Shown piece by piece: positions 10,616-20,832 of a DNA stretch of 64,000 nucleotides (the first letter of the stretch is position 1; every line of letters begins with the position of its first letter). Under the pieces are notes generated by a model. That model did no database searches and was not told the DNA's origin. It saw only the letters and a list, made by a program, of their open reading frames with translations. Source of the DNA: an uncultured Pseudomonadales bacterium (GTDB taxonomy: Bacteria > Patescibacteriota > Microgenomatia > UBA1400 > RBG-16-45-19). A program made the translations under genes and the position numbers. Location of the stretch: contig CAYYKL010000001.1 of assembly GCA_964441155.1 (NCBI GenBank), positions 152,393 to 216,392 of the forward strand, given 5' to 3'.

Positions 10616-12397
10616 CTAAGGCTTGAGGCTATATACACTAGAATTTCCTGATTCATGCAGTAATTTTAAATCCCCGACTTCATCAATTTGTTTGATCATT
10701 TCCTGCGCATCGACTGTTTCTCCCTGCATTCTTGCCAACACACCCACATCATCAAAGTGAACCATCACCAAGGAAACTCCGAGTTGCCTCATAACTTCAA
10801 GCGAGGGGGATTGGGGAAACTTTTTTACACTTGAAACTGATTCCACCCAAGCAGATGGAGAAAAACCACTATATCCGTTTACGAATGCGTGTTGCGCATC
10901 CAAAATAAATGAATGATAGTGCAATCGCTTAATTTCTTGGCCTACGAGCGGCATAGTCCAATGCTGTGCTGGAATTTCCATAATTACTTGAGAAGGTTGC
11001 GAAGCAAGCCATTGGTATACTTCAGGAACTTCACTCGCTGAAGAGACTGAAGATTTCATGAGTGGCCATTTTGGCTCGAATATTACCAGCCCCAGGATGA
11101 AGATGCATGTGCCTATAATCATAGTTTTACGGACTTTGTTATTCAGATGACTTGATGTTTTTGCAAACTCAGCAATTGCCAATCCGATGCACAAACTAAG
11201 TCCAAAAAGAAATAAATGCGACCAACGCTGAGGAACGCGCATGCTCTTGAAGCCTGGTATTACATGGAAAAAAAGTAGATAAGGCAATGGCACAGGCAGG
11301 CTAATTTGACGTGATATCCTAAACCACGGTCCTAAACTCAGTATAAATCCCAAGCCTGCAGTTAAGAGTGCAGAAAAGACATACCATGATCGAAGCAATT
11401 TGTGCCTATTTTTTAAAGCGAAGACAAATGACAATATGCTTAAAAATGAAACAGGAAATCCTAAGTAGGCAGGCCAAGGACTTTTATTAATAATTGCCCT
11501 TGCTACATTTACGAATCGAGAACTATTAGTCGGATACAGATACTCGTACCAAACAGTGGAGCCTCCCCATGCATCACTGATCGTTCGAGCGTAATTCCAA
11601 TCATGCGACACTTTCAAATAAGGGCTTAAAATGCCTGCAACTAAAACCAGGGTCGATATGCCAAAGATAAAAAGTGAGGCACATTTTTTGAACGTAATTT
11701 TTTTATAAAACAGCGCGACAACATAAAAAATAGTTACAGTGAAGAGGTAAACATAACCCAGAAAAATGGTATTCAATACTTGAGCCATAAAACATAAACT
11801 AATTCCTAAAGCGTTGTCATTAGATTGTCTTTTGACGTATTTGACAAAAAAGAACAAACCTAACGGTATCCAATAGAATGTTAATACCTGTAGATGCTCC
11901 AGAGTATCTATTCTGCCAATGGAAAACGAAAATAATAATCCGGCAATAAATGCTGATAATTTATCCCCTGTAAGCTCTTTAGATAATAAATAAGTACTTA
12001 AAGCATTGGCAAAAAAAGCAAAAAGTGTTGATAACGTATAGGCTAAAAACGGCTCTTTGGATATCAATACAAATGGTGCTACTAATATTGAAGTCGTTAT
12101 GAGCGGATCAGAAAAAGCCAAAGTGTTCTGTATTGGGTGAAAAAATGGAATATTGAAAAGGTCAAATGGCTTATGAGTAAGCGCGTAAATATTCCAATTG
12201 ATAATGTAGCTAATGAGTTGTTCTTCTGTACCGTTAAACGCCGTAGTGGTGGGGTTAAGCGCGAGCGGCCAGGTAATGTAAAGACTCAAGCATATATAGG
12301 TAATCACAACAATTAATGGCTTAATGTAGCGAATTGAGTGATTATCGGTAAAAAAATCAGTCAAACTATTAATTGAGTTCATTCGCCGATTATTCAT
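10616..12397 (-). CDS. Multi-pass GT-C/YfhO-like membrane protein
   Basis: WNIYAL..PF.LFN.PFFHP.QNTLAFSD, HLQ, PGFKSMRVPQRW, VNGYSGF; start 12397 gives an ATGA overlap with the upstream gene. Confidence 0.7.
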   Translation of the reverse strand: MNNRRMNSINSLTDFFTDNHSIRYIKPLIVVITYICLSLYITWPLALNPTTTAFNGTEEQLISYIINWNIYALTHKPFDLFNIPFFHPIQNTLAFSDPLITTSILVAPFVLISKEPFLAYTLSTLFAFFANALSTYLLSKELTGDKLSAFIAGLLFSFSIGRIDTLEHLQVLTFYWIPLGLFFFVKYVKRQSNDNALGISLCFMAQVLNTIFLGYVYLFTVTIFYVVALFYKKITFKKCASLFIFGISTLVLVAGILSPYLKVSHDWNYARTISDAWGGSTVWYEYLYPTNSSRFVNVARAIINKSPWPAYLGFPVSFLSILSFVFALKNRHKLLRSWYVFSALLTAGLGFILSLGPWFRISRQISLPVPLPYLLFFHVIPGFKSMRVPQRWSHLFLFGLSLCIGLAIAEFAKTSSHLNNKVRKTMIIGTCIFILGLVIFEPKWPLMKSSVSSASEVPEVYQWLASQPSQVIMEIPAQHWTMPLVGQEIKRLHYHSFILDAQHAFVNGYSGFSPSAWVESVSSVKKFPQSPSLEVMRQLGVSLVMVHFDDVGVLARMQGETVDAQEMIKQIDEVGDLKLLHESGNSSVYSLKP

Positions 12398-13572
12398 ACT
12401 TTTTGGTGAAAAAATTTCTCGCGCACTTGAGCTATTAATGAAGTAGCAACAAAAATAATTGGTAACGAATATAGCCAACCAATTCGAATATTACCGATTT
12501 TAGATGTATATTCGCCTGTATATAGAAAAAAAACATATGACAGTAGGCCAGTAAACGAGAAGAGCAACAAAAGGTTTCTAACAAATTTTGAACGAGCAAG
12601 CGGCGCCAGACAAAATGCCCATAATAAATACCAGCTAAAAAAACGTCTTGAATGATCGTTGAACAATGCTAGAGTAAATATCATGGCTCCATAATCAGCA
12701 GCGTTAAACCACGGAATTTTTCTTCGTACAACAAAATACGAGGCCAGTACCGCGGGCAATATTATCGTGACTAATTTTGTGTAGATTGAAAGTAACCACC
12801 CAATAAATAATGTGCCATATCCTATATATTTATTGAACCGATAATAGCGGAAGTATAAAGCCAAACCCAAAAGTAAAAATGCCATCATCGTAATATCATT
12901 GTGCATGTTATTGATCGCTTCCATCATAACTAGAGGGTTAAACATAAATAACCCCGCCCTATACAATTTCGCTTTTTTAGGGGAAATCATCCAAATACTC
13001 CACCCTATTGATAGCACACTAACAAATGCAATTAGTCGAAACGTTATTATTCCGAATTGCAAATCACCAAATGCCAACATATACGCCAAATACCCTATCC
13101 CTGTCCAAACATAACCATATGGCGTGGTTGCACTGACGTTAACCATAAAAGTTTGCCAAGGATCTTGGGGAAAATCCCAAGCCGCATGCTCGTAGGGACT
13201 GGCATTGTATACATGCATCATCTTAGCGTTCATGAGATAGTTAAAAATATCATTGCTTAATGCGGGATACGACGGTAGAAGCGCGATGATGCACAACGCA
13301 TACTGGAGAATAAAAAGCTTATTAGTGAGTCTTCCCTTCTGAATTTGCTTAAGTACCAGAGCATATGCAGCAAAACTCGCCAATACCAAGCCTACAAAGA
13401 TATATGTACTCAATGGACGTTGATGATAGCCTAGTTGCCACATTGATTGTTGAAATTGCCAAAATACCGGGTTGCTCGAAAGCACTAAATTAGGCGCAAC
13501 TTGACTGTAAGAGTAAATCCCATAGAGAAGCAGAACTAATGGATAAACAAGTAGCCACCATTTACGATGCAT
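12394..13572 (-). CDS. GT-C membrane glycosyltransferase (GT87/MptB-like polyprenol-P-sugar-dependent transferase)
   Basis: LSNDIFNY, PYG, FNPL...E..NMHND motifs; multiple TMs. Confidence 0.7.
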   Translation of the reverse strand: MHRKWWLLVYPLVLLLYGIYSYSQVAPNLVLSSNPVFWQFQQSMWQLGYHQRPLSTYIFVGLVLASFAAYALVLKQIQKGRLTNKLFILQYALCIIALLPSYPALSNDIFNYLMNAKMMHVYNASPYEHAAWDFPQDPWQTFMVNVSATTPYGYVWTGIGYLAYMLAFGDLQFGIITFRLIAFVSVLSIGWSIWMISPKKAKLYRAGLFMFNPLVMMEAINNMHNDITMMAFLLLGLALYFRYYRFNKYIGYGTLFIGWLLSIYTKLVTIILPAVLASYFVVRRKIPWFNAADYGAMIFTLALFNDHSRRFFSWYLLWAFCLAPLARSKFVRNLLLLFSFTGLLSYVFFLYTGEYTSKIGNIRIGWLYSLPIIFVATSLIAQVREKFFHQKV

Positions 13573-14314
13573 AGCGACCTAAAAATACTGCAACCTTAAT
13601 GTGCATGAGCTGAAACAACATTCGCACTGAATCTTTTATTGGGCTAACTCGCTGAGTCTGCACGTGTTTCCATTGCACGGGAACTTCTGCAATACGATAG
13701 CCAGCTTTTTTAGCCAAATAGAGAAGTTCAACGTCAAAGGCCCCAGTAAAAGCGTCGGTTTCTGGTTTCACCGTGACCGAAAGTTTAGGAAAAATATCTT
13801 GCACTAAATTGCTCGTCATCACCTTGAATCCACATTGCGTATCGTGAATTCCGCGCACAGTAAGCAGTTTCACCATTATATTGAAACCTTTGCCCATAAG
13901 ATGTCGATAAATTGGCTCACGCTCCCTCGCAGATCCCTGGACTTCTCTGGAACCAATTGCCATATCGTAGTCGCGCTCAAAAAACGGTAACATTTTTTGG
14001 AGTTCTTGAATTGGTGTTGATTGGTCGAAATCAGTATAGAGTCGATATCGCCCTAGTGCCTTGAGCATTGCCCTCTTTACTGTTGGTCCTTTGCCCGCAT
14101 GTTGCAAACCTAAAAAACGGACTTTTTCATGTTTTCTGGAGAAATCCTGCAATGCTTGTGCTGTACCATCAGTTGATCCATCATCAGCCAAAATAAGCTC
14201 AAAAGAGTATGACTGTTGAGATAAATACTTATAGATTGAGTCGAGCAACCCCTTGTGTAAATTACTTTGCTCATTAAATGAGGGAACAACAACTGAAAGA
14301 AACGGCTTTTCCAT
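13562..14314 (-). CDS. Dolichyl/polyprenyl-phosphate beta-glucosyltransferase-like GT2 (ALG5-like)
   Basis: LSVVVPSFNE, DDGSTD, GKG, TDFDQSTP, DTQCGFK, AFDVELL; TACAAT 7 nt before ATG 14314. Confidence 0.85.
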   Translation of the reverse strand: MEKPFLSVVVPSFNEQSNLHKGLLDSIYKYLSQQSYSFELILADDGSTDGTAQALQDFSRKHEKVRFLGLQHAGKGPTVKRAMLKALGRYRLYTDFDQSTPIQELQKMLPFFERDYDMAIGSREVQGSAREREPIYRHLMGKGFNIMVKLLTVRGIHDTQCGFKVMTSNLVQDIFPKLSVTVKPETDAFTGAFDVELLYLAKKAGYRIAEVPVQWKHVQTQRVSPIKDSVRMLFQLMHIKVAVFLGRYAS

Positions 14315-14383
14315 AGCCCTAATTGTATACTTATCCTTATTATTCATCAAAGCGGCATAGGCTTACCCGAGGGATAGCAATCA

Positions 14384-15367
14384 TTGCCTAATCTAAGTGA
14401 ATCTATGGTTTTACCAAGCAACAATATCAAAGCCTTATTACGACATTCAGTGAAGAAATTTCACTTCAAAAAAATCGCAGCCGTTTTAGCCATAAGCGTT
14501 GGAGTGTTTGTGCTTACTCTATTGCTTTTATTGAGACTCGAGTCACTAAACCAGTTGACACAGATTCATGAGATCCCCAATGAACTAACTAAATTGCCAC
14601 CTATGGCATATGATTTGCAATTGCCTTCTCCGCAAGTGACAGCTAAAAACATATTTGTATTTGATCCCATTGCTTTAAGTGTGCTTTACGAGAAACAAAG
14701 TGATGTTTCCGTGCCTCCTGCCTCAACGACAAAACTTATGACTGCCCTAGTCACCCTAAATTCTTTTCAGCTGACTGACACCATTTCATTGCCTGCTGCT
14801 CGTTTGGTTGTAGGCAGCAGCTCAAAAATCGCTTCAACCGCAACTTGGAGTGTGGAGCAATTACTGCACGCGCTTCTGGTTAGCTCGGGCAACGATGCAG
14901 CCATTGCACTGGCTCAAGCACATCCCCAAGGATACGATGGTTTTGTAGCAGCCATGAACCAAGCAGCAAGTGATCTGGACTTGCATCAAACACACTTCAA
15001 CAATGTTTCAGGTCTTGATTCCCCAGGACACGTTTCTTCTGCCCGAGATTTAGCATTTTTGACACTCGAGATTATGCGGCATCCTCTCTTGCGAGAAATT
15101 GTGGCCGCTCCTGAAGTTTCTGTTCATGATAAGACCGGTCAAATTACTGCCAAACTCTTCTCGACAAATGAATTGCTAGGACGTGAGCCAGGAGTCATGG
15201 GAGTCAAAACTGGCAAAACCGAAGCCGCGCTTGAATGTCTTATTACTTGGGTGGAGCGAGATAATCATCCGGTGGTGTTGGTAGTACTTGGATCAACTGA
15301 TCGCTTTGGAGATACAAAAAAGTTAATCGAGTGGGTCTACACCAACTTTGAGTGGATCCAGGTTTAG
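14384..15367 (+). CDS. D-alanyl-D-alanine carboxypeptidase (peptidase S11, DacA-like)
   Basis: SxxK (PASTTKLMT), SxN (SGND) and KTG motifs plus N-terminal TM anchor; start may be ATG 14405. Confidence 0.9.
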   Translation: MPNLSESMVLPSNNIKALLRHSVKKFHFKKIAAVLAISVGVFVLTLLLLLRLESLNQLTQIHEIPNELTKLPPMAYDLQLPSPQVTAKNIFVFDPIALSVLYEKQSDVSVPPASTTKLMTALVTLNSFQLTDTISLPAARLVVGSSSKIASTATWSVEQLLHALLVSSGNDAAIALAQAHPQGYDGFVAAMNQAASDLDLHQTHFNNVSGLDSPGHVSSARDLAFLTLEIMRHPLLREIVAAPEVSVHDKTGQITAKLFSTNELLGREPGVMGVKTGKTEAALECLITWVERDNHPVVLVVLGSTDRFGDTKKLIEWVYTNFEWIQV

Positions 15368-16422
15368 CGAGTATTTTGGCTAAAATCTTGTGCAATGGCA
15401 CTTACATAGGCGACAAAATCATTGTCTCCAGAGAAAATCCAAATTGGTTGCAAATAGTCTTGAGCTTCGAATGCATCAAAATAGCCAAGCTCAACACGCC
15501 TGACGGCCACAAGCGAGGATGGAGATGTAAATGAGGCCACATAGGCTTTGCCCTCAGTCAGTTCTTGCCAAGCCTGGGCGGCTGGCTTAATGGGATATGT
15601 TTGAGAACTAATGTAGTCAATGGGAAAATATTGAGCAGCGACGCGTACAATTCCATCGGCATAATTGCGATTTCCAGACACAATCACCTCAATAAGTCCT
15701 TGGTTCGGATCGGCCGTTACAGCGGAATAAAGATTATCAATGGCTGTCCTTGTGTAATCAACATCAATGAAATCTGCCTCAGACAAACTGAGTGTTGATA
15801 CAAATTCTCCACCTGCTGATTTCAAATAGCGCATAGCAGGGTTTACTAGGTCGATATCAGTAGGCAACAACCGATTCCTGTTGAGATAATCTTCAACTTT
15901 AGTAATTGCCTGGTTTTCACTCAGAAGCTCGTTATTTTCGAGGAAGTATGGATCGGCTGCCCATTGAGCAATAAGGGTATACGTCCCTTCGTATATATTA
16001 ATCTCCAAAGTTGTTGGTAATCCCTCTCCCCGACTCCATCGATACAGCGATTCAGTAAGCGCAATAGGCTGATTCACAAAACCCATTTGAACCGCCTGTT
16101 CGCTGGAGCGCTCGAGCGCCAACAAATTGGGTCGATTAGTCTGCACATCAAACACTTTGAGTGCAAATGGAGTTTGGGGAAAACCGCCGTCAGGTGTTTC
16201 CAAAGTTAGCGGTGGCTGGACCATGTTGCTCTCGGGAAACTGAATGGGAGGCAGCGCACCAAATCCCATGGTGGCAGGTGGCGGTGGATCAGGAAAAAAA
16301 CGCTTATAGAGCGCAAAACCATTAACCAGCACAACTCTGCCGACAATTAGACCAACGAGTGAAAGTAAACCAAGTTTGATTCCAATTCGAGCAATGTAGG
16401 CAGTTCGGGTTAGTTGAGTCAT
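15364..16422 (-). CDS. Hypothetical protein with N-terminal membrane anchor
   Basis: 352-aa ORF with a single TM and a Pro-rich linker (PDPPPPA); no family recognised. Confidence 0.7.
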   Translation of the reverse strand: MTQLTRTAYIARIGIKLGLLSLVGLIVGRVVLVNGFALYKRFFPDPPPPATMGFGALPPIQFPESNMVQPPLTLETPDGGFPQTPFALKVFDVQTNRPNLLALERSSEQAVQMGFVNQPIALTESLYRWSRGEGLPTTLEINIYEGTYTLIAQWAADPYFLENNELLSENQAITKVEDYLNRNRLLPTDIDLVNPAMRYLKSAGGEFVSTLSLSEADFIDVDYTRTAIDNLYSAVTADPNQGLIEVIVSGNRNYADGIVRVAAQYFPIDYISSQTYPIKPAAQAWQELTEGKAYVASFTSPSSLVAVRRVELGYFDAFEAQDYLQPIWIFSGDNDFVAYVSAIAQDFSQNTR

Positions 16423-16459
16423 AAATGCGTTGCTCTTATTCTCTCAATAATTGGCTCAA

Positions 16460-16488
16460 TTGAGAAGGGGTACCTAGTCTGGTAGAAT
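16460..16488 (+). promoter_or_regulatory. Sigma70-type promoter of gltX
   Basis: TTGAGA-N17-TAGAAT with extended TG, 9 nt upstream of the ATG. Confidence 0.65.
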
Positions 16489-16497
16489 CTTGAAGCC

Positions 16498-17937
16498 ATG
16501 ATAAGAACAAGAATTGCACCTTCTCCCACAGGAATGCCGCACATTGGCACTATGTTCCAGGCTCTCCTAGACTTTGTATTTGCCAAAAAACATAGTGGAA
16601 AATTCTTGGTGCGAATCGAAGATACTGATCAATCTCGATTTGTTGAAGGAGCTGAGACAGCAATTTTTGATTCACTTGAGTGGCTTGGCTTGACTCCGGA
16701 TGAGAGTCCAATCCACCATGGATCGTTTGGCCCATATCGCCAATCGCAACGCCTTGAAATCTATGCCCGACATGCACAAAGTTTAGTGGAAAATGGTCAT
16801 GCTTATTATTGCTTCTGCTCAAGTGAACGGCTAGATCAGGTCAGAAAAGCTATGCAAGCTCAAGGTAAACCACCGATGTATGACAAGCATTGTCGTGACA
16901 TTGATCACGCTGAAGCTGTGGAGCGCGCCAAACGAGAAACGTTTGTTGTTAGACTAAAAGTCCCTTCAAATAAAGCAATTGTCCTTCACGATGAAGTGAG
17001 AGGTGATATCACGTTTGATAGTAGCGTGGTTGATGATCAGGTGCTTATAAAATCTGACGGGTACCCCACCTATCACTTAGCAGTTGTCGTGGATGATCAC
17101 GAAATGGAAATAACGCACGTCGTTCGCGGTGAAGAGTGGATTAGCTCTGCTCCAAAGCATGTTTTGCTCTATCAATTTTTCAACTGGCCATTACCAAAAT
17201 TCATTCATACCCCACTACTACGAAACCCCGATAAATCAAAATTATCCAAACGCCATGGCCACGCTTCAGTATCCTGGTACATCAACTCAGGTTACTTGCC
17301 TGAAGCGGTAATTAATTTTCTCGCATCTAGGGTCTGGAACCATCCTGAAGGACTAGAAGTGTATGGGATTGAGGAGCTCATAAAGCATTTTGATTTTAGT
17401 GGCATGCATATTCAAGGCCCGATAGTTGACCTTGATAAACTTAATTGGATCAACGGTCAATGGATAAGGAACTTAAGCGATGAAGACTTAGCCCAAAGGC
17501 TGGTTCCTTTTATGCCCGATGGCATGGATCGAGCACTGCTTTTGATAATTCTGCCATTAATTAAGGACCGTTTAGTTACCCTTGCAGATATCGGAAAATT
17601 CACCGACTATTTCATGCAAGATCCACAGATTGAGCAGGCCACACTCATTAAACAGTCGAAACGCGCAGCAAGCGAAGTGATTGTCTATCTTGAATCAGTG
17701 AAAAATAATCTATCTGATGTTGTACCTTTTGACACAGAACGTATAGAGAGCTCCCTTCGCGCGCACCAAGCAACCAGTGGTTTTAATCCAAGACAAGCAT
17801 TTATGACTTTGCGCTATGCATTAACGGGAAAAGACGCCACACCACCTCTCTTTGATGTCATGGCAGTTTTAGGAAAAGAAACGTGCATAATACGTCTGTC
17901 TCAGGCAATAACTACGCTTGCTGAATCAAAATCGTAA
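16498..17937 (+). CDS. gltX: Glutamate--tRNA ligase
   Basis: RIAPSPTG.PHIG (HIGH variant), RIEDTD, KLSKR. Confidence 0.97.
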   Translation: MIRTRIAPSPTGMPHIGTMFQALLDFVFAKKHSGKFLVRIEDTDQSRFVEGAETAIFDSLEWLGLTPDESPIHHGSFGPYRQSQRLEIYARHAQSLVENGHAYYCFCSSERLDQVRKAMQAQGKPPMYDKHCRDIDHAEAVERAKRETFVVRLKVPSNKAIVLHDEVRGDITFDSSVVDDQVLIKSDGYPTYHLAVVVDDHEMEITHVVRGEEWISSAPKHVLLYQFFNWPLPKFIHTPLLRNPDKSKLSKRHGHASVSWYINSGYLPEAVINFLASRVWNHPEGLEVYGIEELIKHFDFSGMHIQGPIVDLDKLNWINGQWIRNLSDEDLAQRLVPFMPDGMDRALLLIILPLIKDRLVTLADIGKFTDYFMQDPQIEQATLIKQSKRAASEVIVYLESVKNNLSDVVPFDTERIESSLRAHQATSGFNPRQAFMTLRYALTGKDATPPLFDVMAVLGKETCIIRLSQAITTLAESKS

Positions 17938-17957
17938 AAACTCACGAGGCATCAATT

Positions 17958-19430
17958 TCAAGCATTCGCGTTTTTAGGCAGAGAAAAAGCAAAAGTCGAT
18001 CCCTGATCTTTTGAGCTTTTGACCGTCAGCGAGCCTCCATGTCGTTGCATAATTTCTTTGCAGATGAATAATCCCATTCCAAACCCCTGAATCCCTTGTT
18101 TTTTATGAGCGGCAACTTGATAGAGTCGGTCGAAAATAAGTTCATGTTGATCCTGAGGAATGCCAATACCAAAATCCTGCACGCTGACACTTATTTGAGC
18201 ATCTGTTTCTTCAAAAGCTATGATAATCGGTTGATTGTCAGGCGAGTACTTCAAGGCATTACTAATGAGATTGCTGATCACTTGATAAATCCGAAAACGA
18301 TCTGCATACACAACTAGGCTGGTGGAACTCGTGAATTTGACACGATTAGGAAGATTCGGATTTTGGTACATTTCAACTACTTCTTGAATCAATTCATTGA
18401 GATCAAACTCTTCCTTATTAAGCAATAATTTGCCCACTTTGATTTTTGAAACATCAAGTAGCTCATTTACGATTATTTGCAATTTATCGATTTGAGTTCG
18501 TATGCGATTGAGAATTCTTCCCGCTGGATCACCTTCATTGGCAGCTAAAGTTTTAAGCAAATAATCGTTAAATAACTTCAAACTAGTCAACGGCGTTTTT
18601 AATTCATGAGACGCCATGTTAATAAAATCGTCCTTGCGCTGTTCAAGCTCAATCTGATCCGAAATATCATCAATAATCCAAGCAGCGGCTATCATTTTTC
18701 CGTGATCATTCTCAACTTTATTGAAACTTATGCTTACATGTGTTTGAGTTTTATCATCTTTAAGAATCGTAATTTTATGATTGATGATAGGATCTTTTTG
18801 ATCAAACAAATCAAAGAGTGGATAATCTGATTGGTGATTAGCTGATCCATTGCTTGGAATCATGCGCACCAACAATTCACTTCCTAGCTTAAATCCGAGA
18901 GGAATTTCTGATCCTAAAATATCCTGAACCCTAGCATTCACGTGAGTAATCACACCCTTTTGATCACTAACCAAAACTCCAACGGGAAGCTGTTCAAGAA
19001 TGGTGTACAAACGGCGCTTTCCTTCGGCTTCTTTTTCGATTAATAAATCGATCTTTTGTTTTAAACCCCCGATGACTGCTGCCATGAGCATATAAATTGT
19101 GGCCAACATGAAGGTTGTCTTAATGCCTGAAGAATACTGCTCACCGGAATATCCTCTGGAGTAAATTATGTAGGTGTAATAGGCGATGGTATCAAGCGTT
19201 GCAATGACTCCCCCTTTAATTCCATCTCTAAAAGAGAAATACATTATCAATGCCATAAAAATGTAAATAGTCGAAAATCCGAGATTTTCAGGACTTGCCA
19301 GAATTGTTTGGGCAATAAACTCGAGGGTAATTGCCGTGACCACTACCACAACCAAAGGTAAAATGGTTGAATAGCGCATACTTCCCAAGTGATTTAAGGG
19401 ATTTAGGTAATTAAGCAATTTTTGAATCAT
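17958..19430 (-). CDS. Membrane-bound PAS sensor histidine kinase (HisKA/HATPase_c)
   Basis: About 4 TMs, PAS, H-box ASHELKTPLT, N-box NLISNALKY, G boxes DFGIGI and GFGMGL. Confidence 0.92.
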   Translation of the reverse strand: MIQKLLNYLNPLNHLGSMRYSTILPLVVVVVTAITLEFIAQTILASPENLGFSTIYIFMALIMYFSFRDGIKGGVIATLDTIAYYTYIIYSRGYSGEQYSSGIKTTFMLATIYMLMAAVIGGLKQKIDLLIEKEAEGKRRLYTILEQLPVGVLVSDQKGVITHVNARVQDILGSEIPLGFKLGSELLVRMIPSNGSANHQSDYPLFDLFDQKDPIINHKITILKDDKTQTHVSISFNKVENDHGKMIAAAWIIDDISDQIELEQRKDDFINMASHELKTPLTSLKLFNDYLLKTLAANEGDPAGRILNRIRTQIDKLQIIVNELLDVSKIKVGKLLLNKEEFDLNELIQEVVEMYQNPNLPNRVKFTSSTSLVVYADRFRIYQVISNLISNALKYSPDNQPIIIAFEETDAQISVSVQDFGIGIPQDQHELIFDRLYQVAAHKKQGIQGFGMGLFICKEIMQRHGGSLTVKSSKDQGSTFAFSLPKNANA

Positions 19431-19537
19431 GAATTTGAACGCATTCTAAAATCTCCGATTGTTCATCGGAATTCACAAAGTGATAGCAGTCCCCAAATTT
19501 AATAATTGGTAATTCATTTAATTGAATGGTTAGCTAT

Positions 19538-19591
19538 AGTCTAAAGTAAATCGCAAAAAAGTATGTAAGTGCCAATGCAAAATTATGTAAG
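19538..19591 (-). promoter_or_regulatory. Direct-repeat box plus -10 upstream of the histidine kinase
   Basis: Minus strand CTTACA-N5-TTGCAT-N5-CTTACA; TAGACT 31 nt after the second half-site. Confidence 0.5.
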
Positions 19592-19771
19592 AATCAGACG
19601 GTAGTTTACGACAAGCTCTATGGTCATTAATTTTTTGCTTTTCACAGCAGTCACCCGATTAGGCGCACATATGTTTGTTCAATTCGATTACGCTGCGATA
19701 TTACATGCCTCAAATCGTAAGGCTAAATCTTTTTTTAATAATGAGATTACAAGAATAAGATGCTTTCTTTT

Positions 19772-19824
19772 CTTACACGGCTCTTACATAATTTTGTTAC
19801 ATATTTACTTTGCTCAACTATAGT
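19772..19824 (+). promoter_or_regulatory. Direct-repeat box plus -10 of the response regulator gene (putative autoregulation, leaderless)
   Basis: CTTACA-cggct-CTTACA (19772-19788), 30 nt, TATAGT (19819-19824), 6 nt, ATG 19831. Confidence 0.7.
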
Positions 19825-19830
19825 AAGCCT

Positions 19831-20508
19831 ATGACACCAAACATATTAGTCGTCGATGACGATGCCGATTTGAGAGAGTTTCTTCGGGAATACCTAAGTA
19901 AGCAAGGTTTCTTGGTTAGAACTGTTGACAGCGGCACTGCAGCTCTGGAGATGGTCGAAAAAATCGCGCCTGACCTTATTATTCTCGACCTAAACCTCCC
20001 CACAATCACGGGGGATGTTGTGTGCAAAGAAGTCAAAGAAACCAACCCAGAAATTCAAGTCATCATGCTCACTGCCAAAGATACCACTCCTGATGTAGTG
20101 CACGGATTAAGCTTGGGTGCCGATGACTATATCAAAAAACCTTTTGATATTGACGAATTACTGGTGCGCATTAAAACCAGACTTAAACAAAAGAAGCTTG
20201 AATATGAATCGCTGGCTATTGCCGATCTTGAATTCAATCCACGCACCATGGTGGTAAAAAGAGCCAATAAAACAATTAATTTGACTCCACAGGAAATTAA
20301 AATTCTAGAATACCTACTTGCCAATAAAGGCAATGTCTTGAGTCGAGAAATGATTTTGTCCCGCTTATGGAAAACGAATCCTGATATTGAAACCAGAGTA
20401 GTTGATGTTTACATTGGCTATCTACGTAAAAAAATTGATGCCCCGTTTAAAGTGAAACTCATTCATTCGGTGAGAGGTTTCGGTTACAAGATTTCTACCG
20501 AAGAGTAA
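19831..20508 (+). CDS. OmpR/PhoB-family DNA-binding response regulator
   Basis: Receiver (VVDDD, IILDLNLP, GADDYIKKPF) plus winged helix (VVDVYIGYLRKKID, IHSVRGFGY). Confidence 0.95.
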   Translation: MTPNILVVDDDADLREFLREYLSKQGFLVRTVDSGTAALEMVEKIAPDLIILDLNLPTITGDVVCKEVKETNPEIQVIMLTAKDTTPDVVHGLSLGADDYIKKPFDIDELLVRIKTRLKQKKLEYESLAIADLEFNPRTMVVKRANKTINLTPQEIKILEYLLANKGNVLSREMILSRLWKTNPDIETRVVDVYIGYLRKKIDAPFKVKLIHSVRGFGYKISTEE

Positions 20509-20523
20509 ATCTCAATCTAAATC

Positions 20524-20578
20524 GTTACTCAATCCTTACCGTTTCCCCAAAAAATCGGAATCCCAAGCGTGATAGCCT
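20524..20578 (+). promoter_or_regulatory. Direct-repeat box plus extended -10 of the KGG gene
   Basis: GTTACT-caatc-CTTACC, 32 nt, TGa-TAGCCT. Confidence 0.6.
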
Positions 20579-20615
20579 GCATGCACAATAGTTTTCGAAA
20601 GGGGGTGAGAAGCGT

Positions 20616-20822
20616 ATGGACAATCAAAAAGCGAAAAACAACAAAAGCAAGACAAGCAATCGTGGCTTTGCAAGCATGAGCCGAGATCAAATCGCGCGGA
20701 TTGCGAGTAAAGGTGGAAAAGCTGCACACAGTAGTGGCAGAGCGCATCAATTCACGAGTGAAGAAGCTCGGGAAGCTGGCCGCAAAGGAGGCCGCGCAAG
20801 CCAAAGCAATCGCCAGCAATAA
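20616..20822 (+). CDS. KGG-repeat general stress protein (YciG/GsiB/Con-10-like)
   Basis: RGFASM....RIASKGG and EEAREAGRKGG repeats; small, hydrophilic. Confidence 0.9.
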   Translation: MDNQKAKNNKSKTSNRGFASMSRDQIARIASKGGKAAHSSGRAHQFTSEEAREAGRKGGRASQSNRQQ

Positions 20823-20832
20823 TGCTCGTTAA

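Noticed and set aside
19620-19823. 67-aa ORF in the HK-RR intergenic region
   Set aside because: No RBS or family signal; overlaps the box promoter of the RR
20529-20819. Minus-strand 96-aa and 63-aa ORFs
   Set aside because: Antisense shadows of the KGG gene, which has a clear family motif, an SD-like site and a promoter
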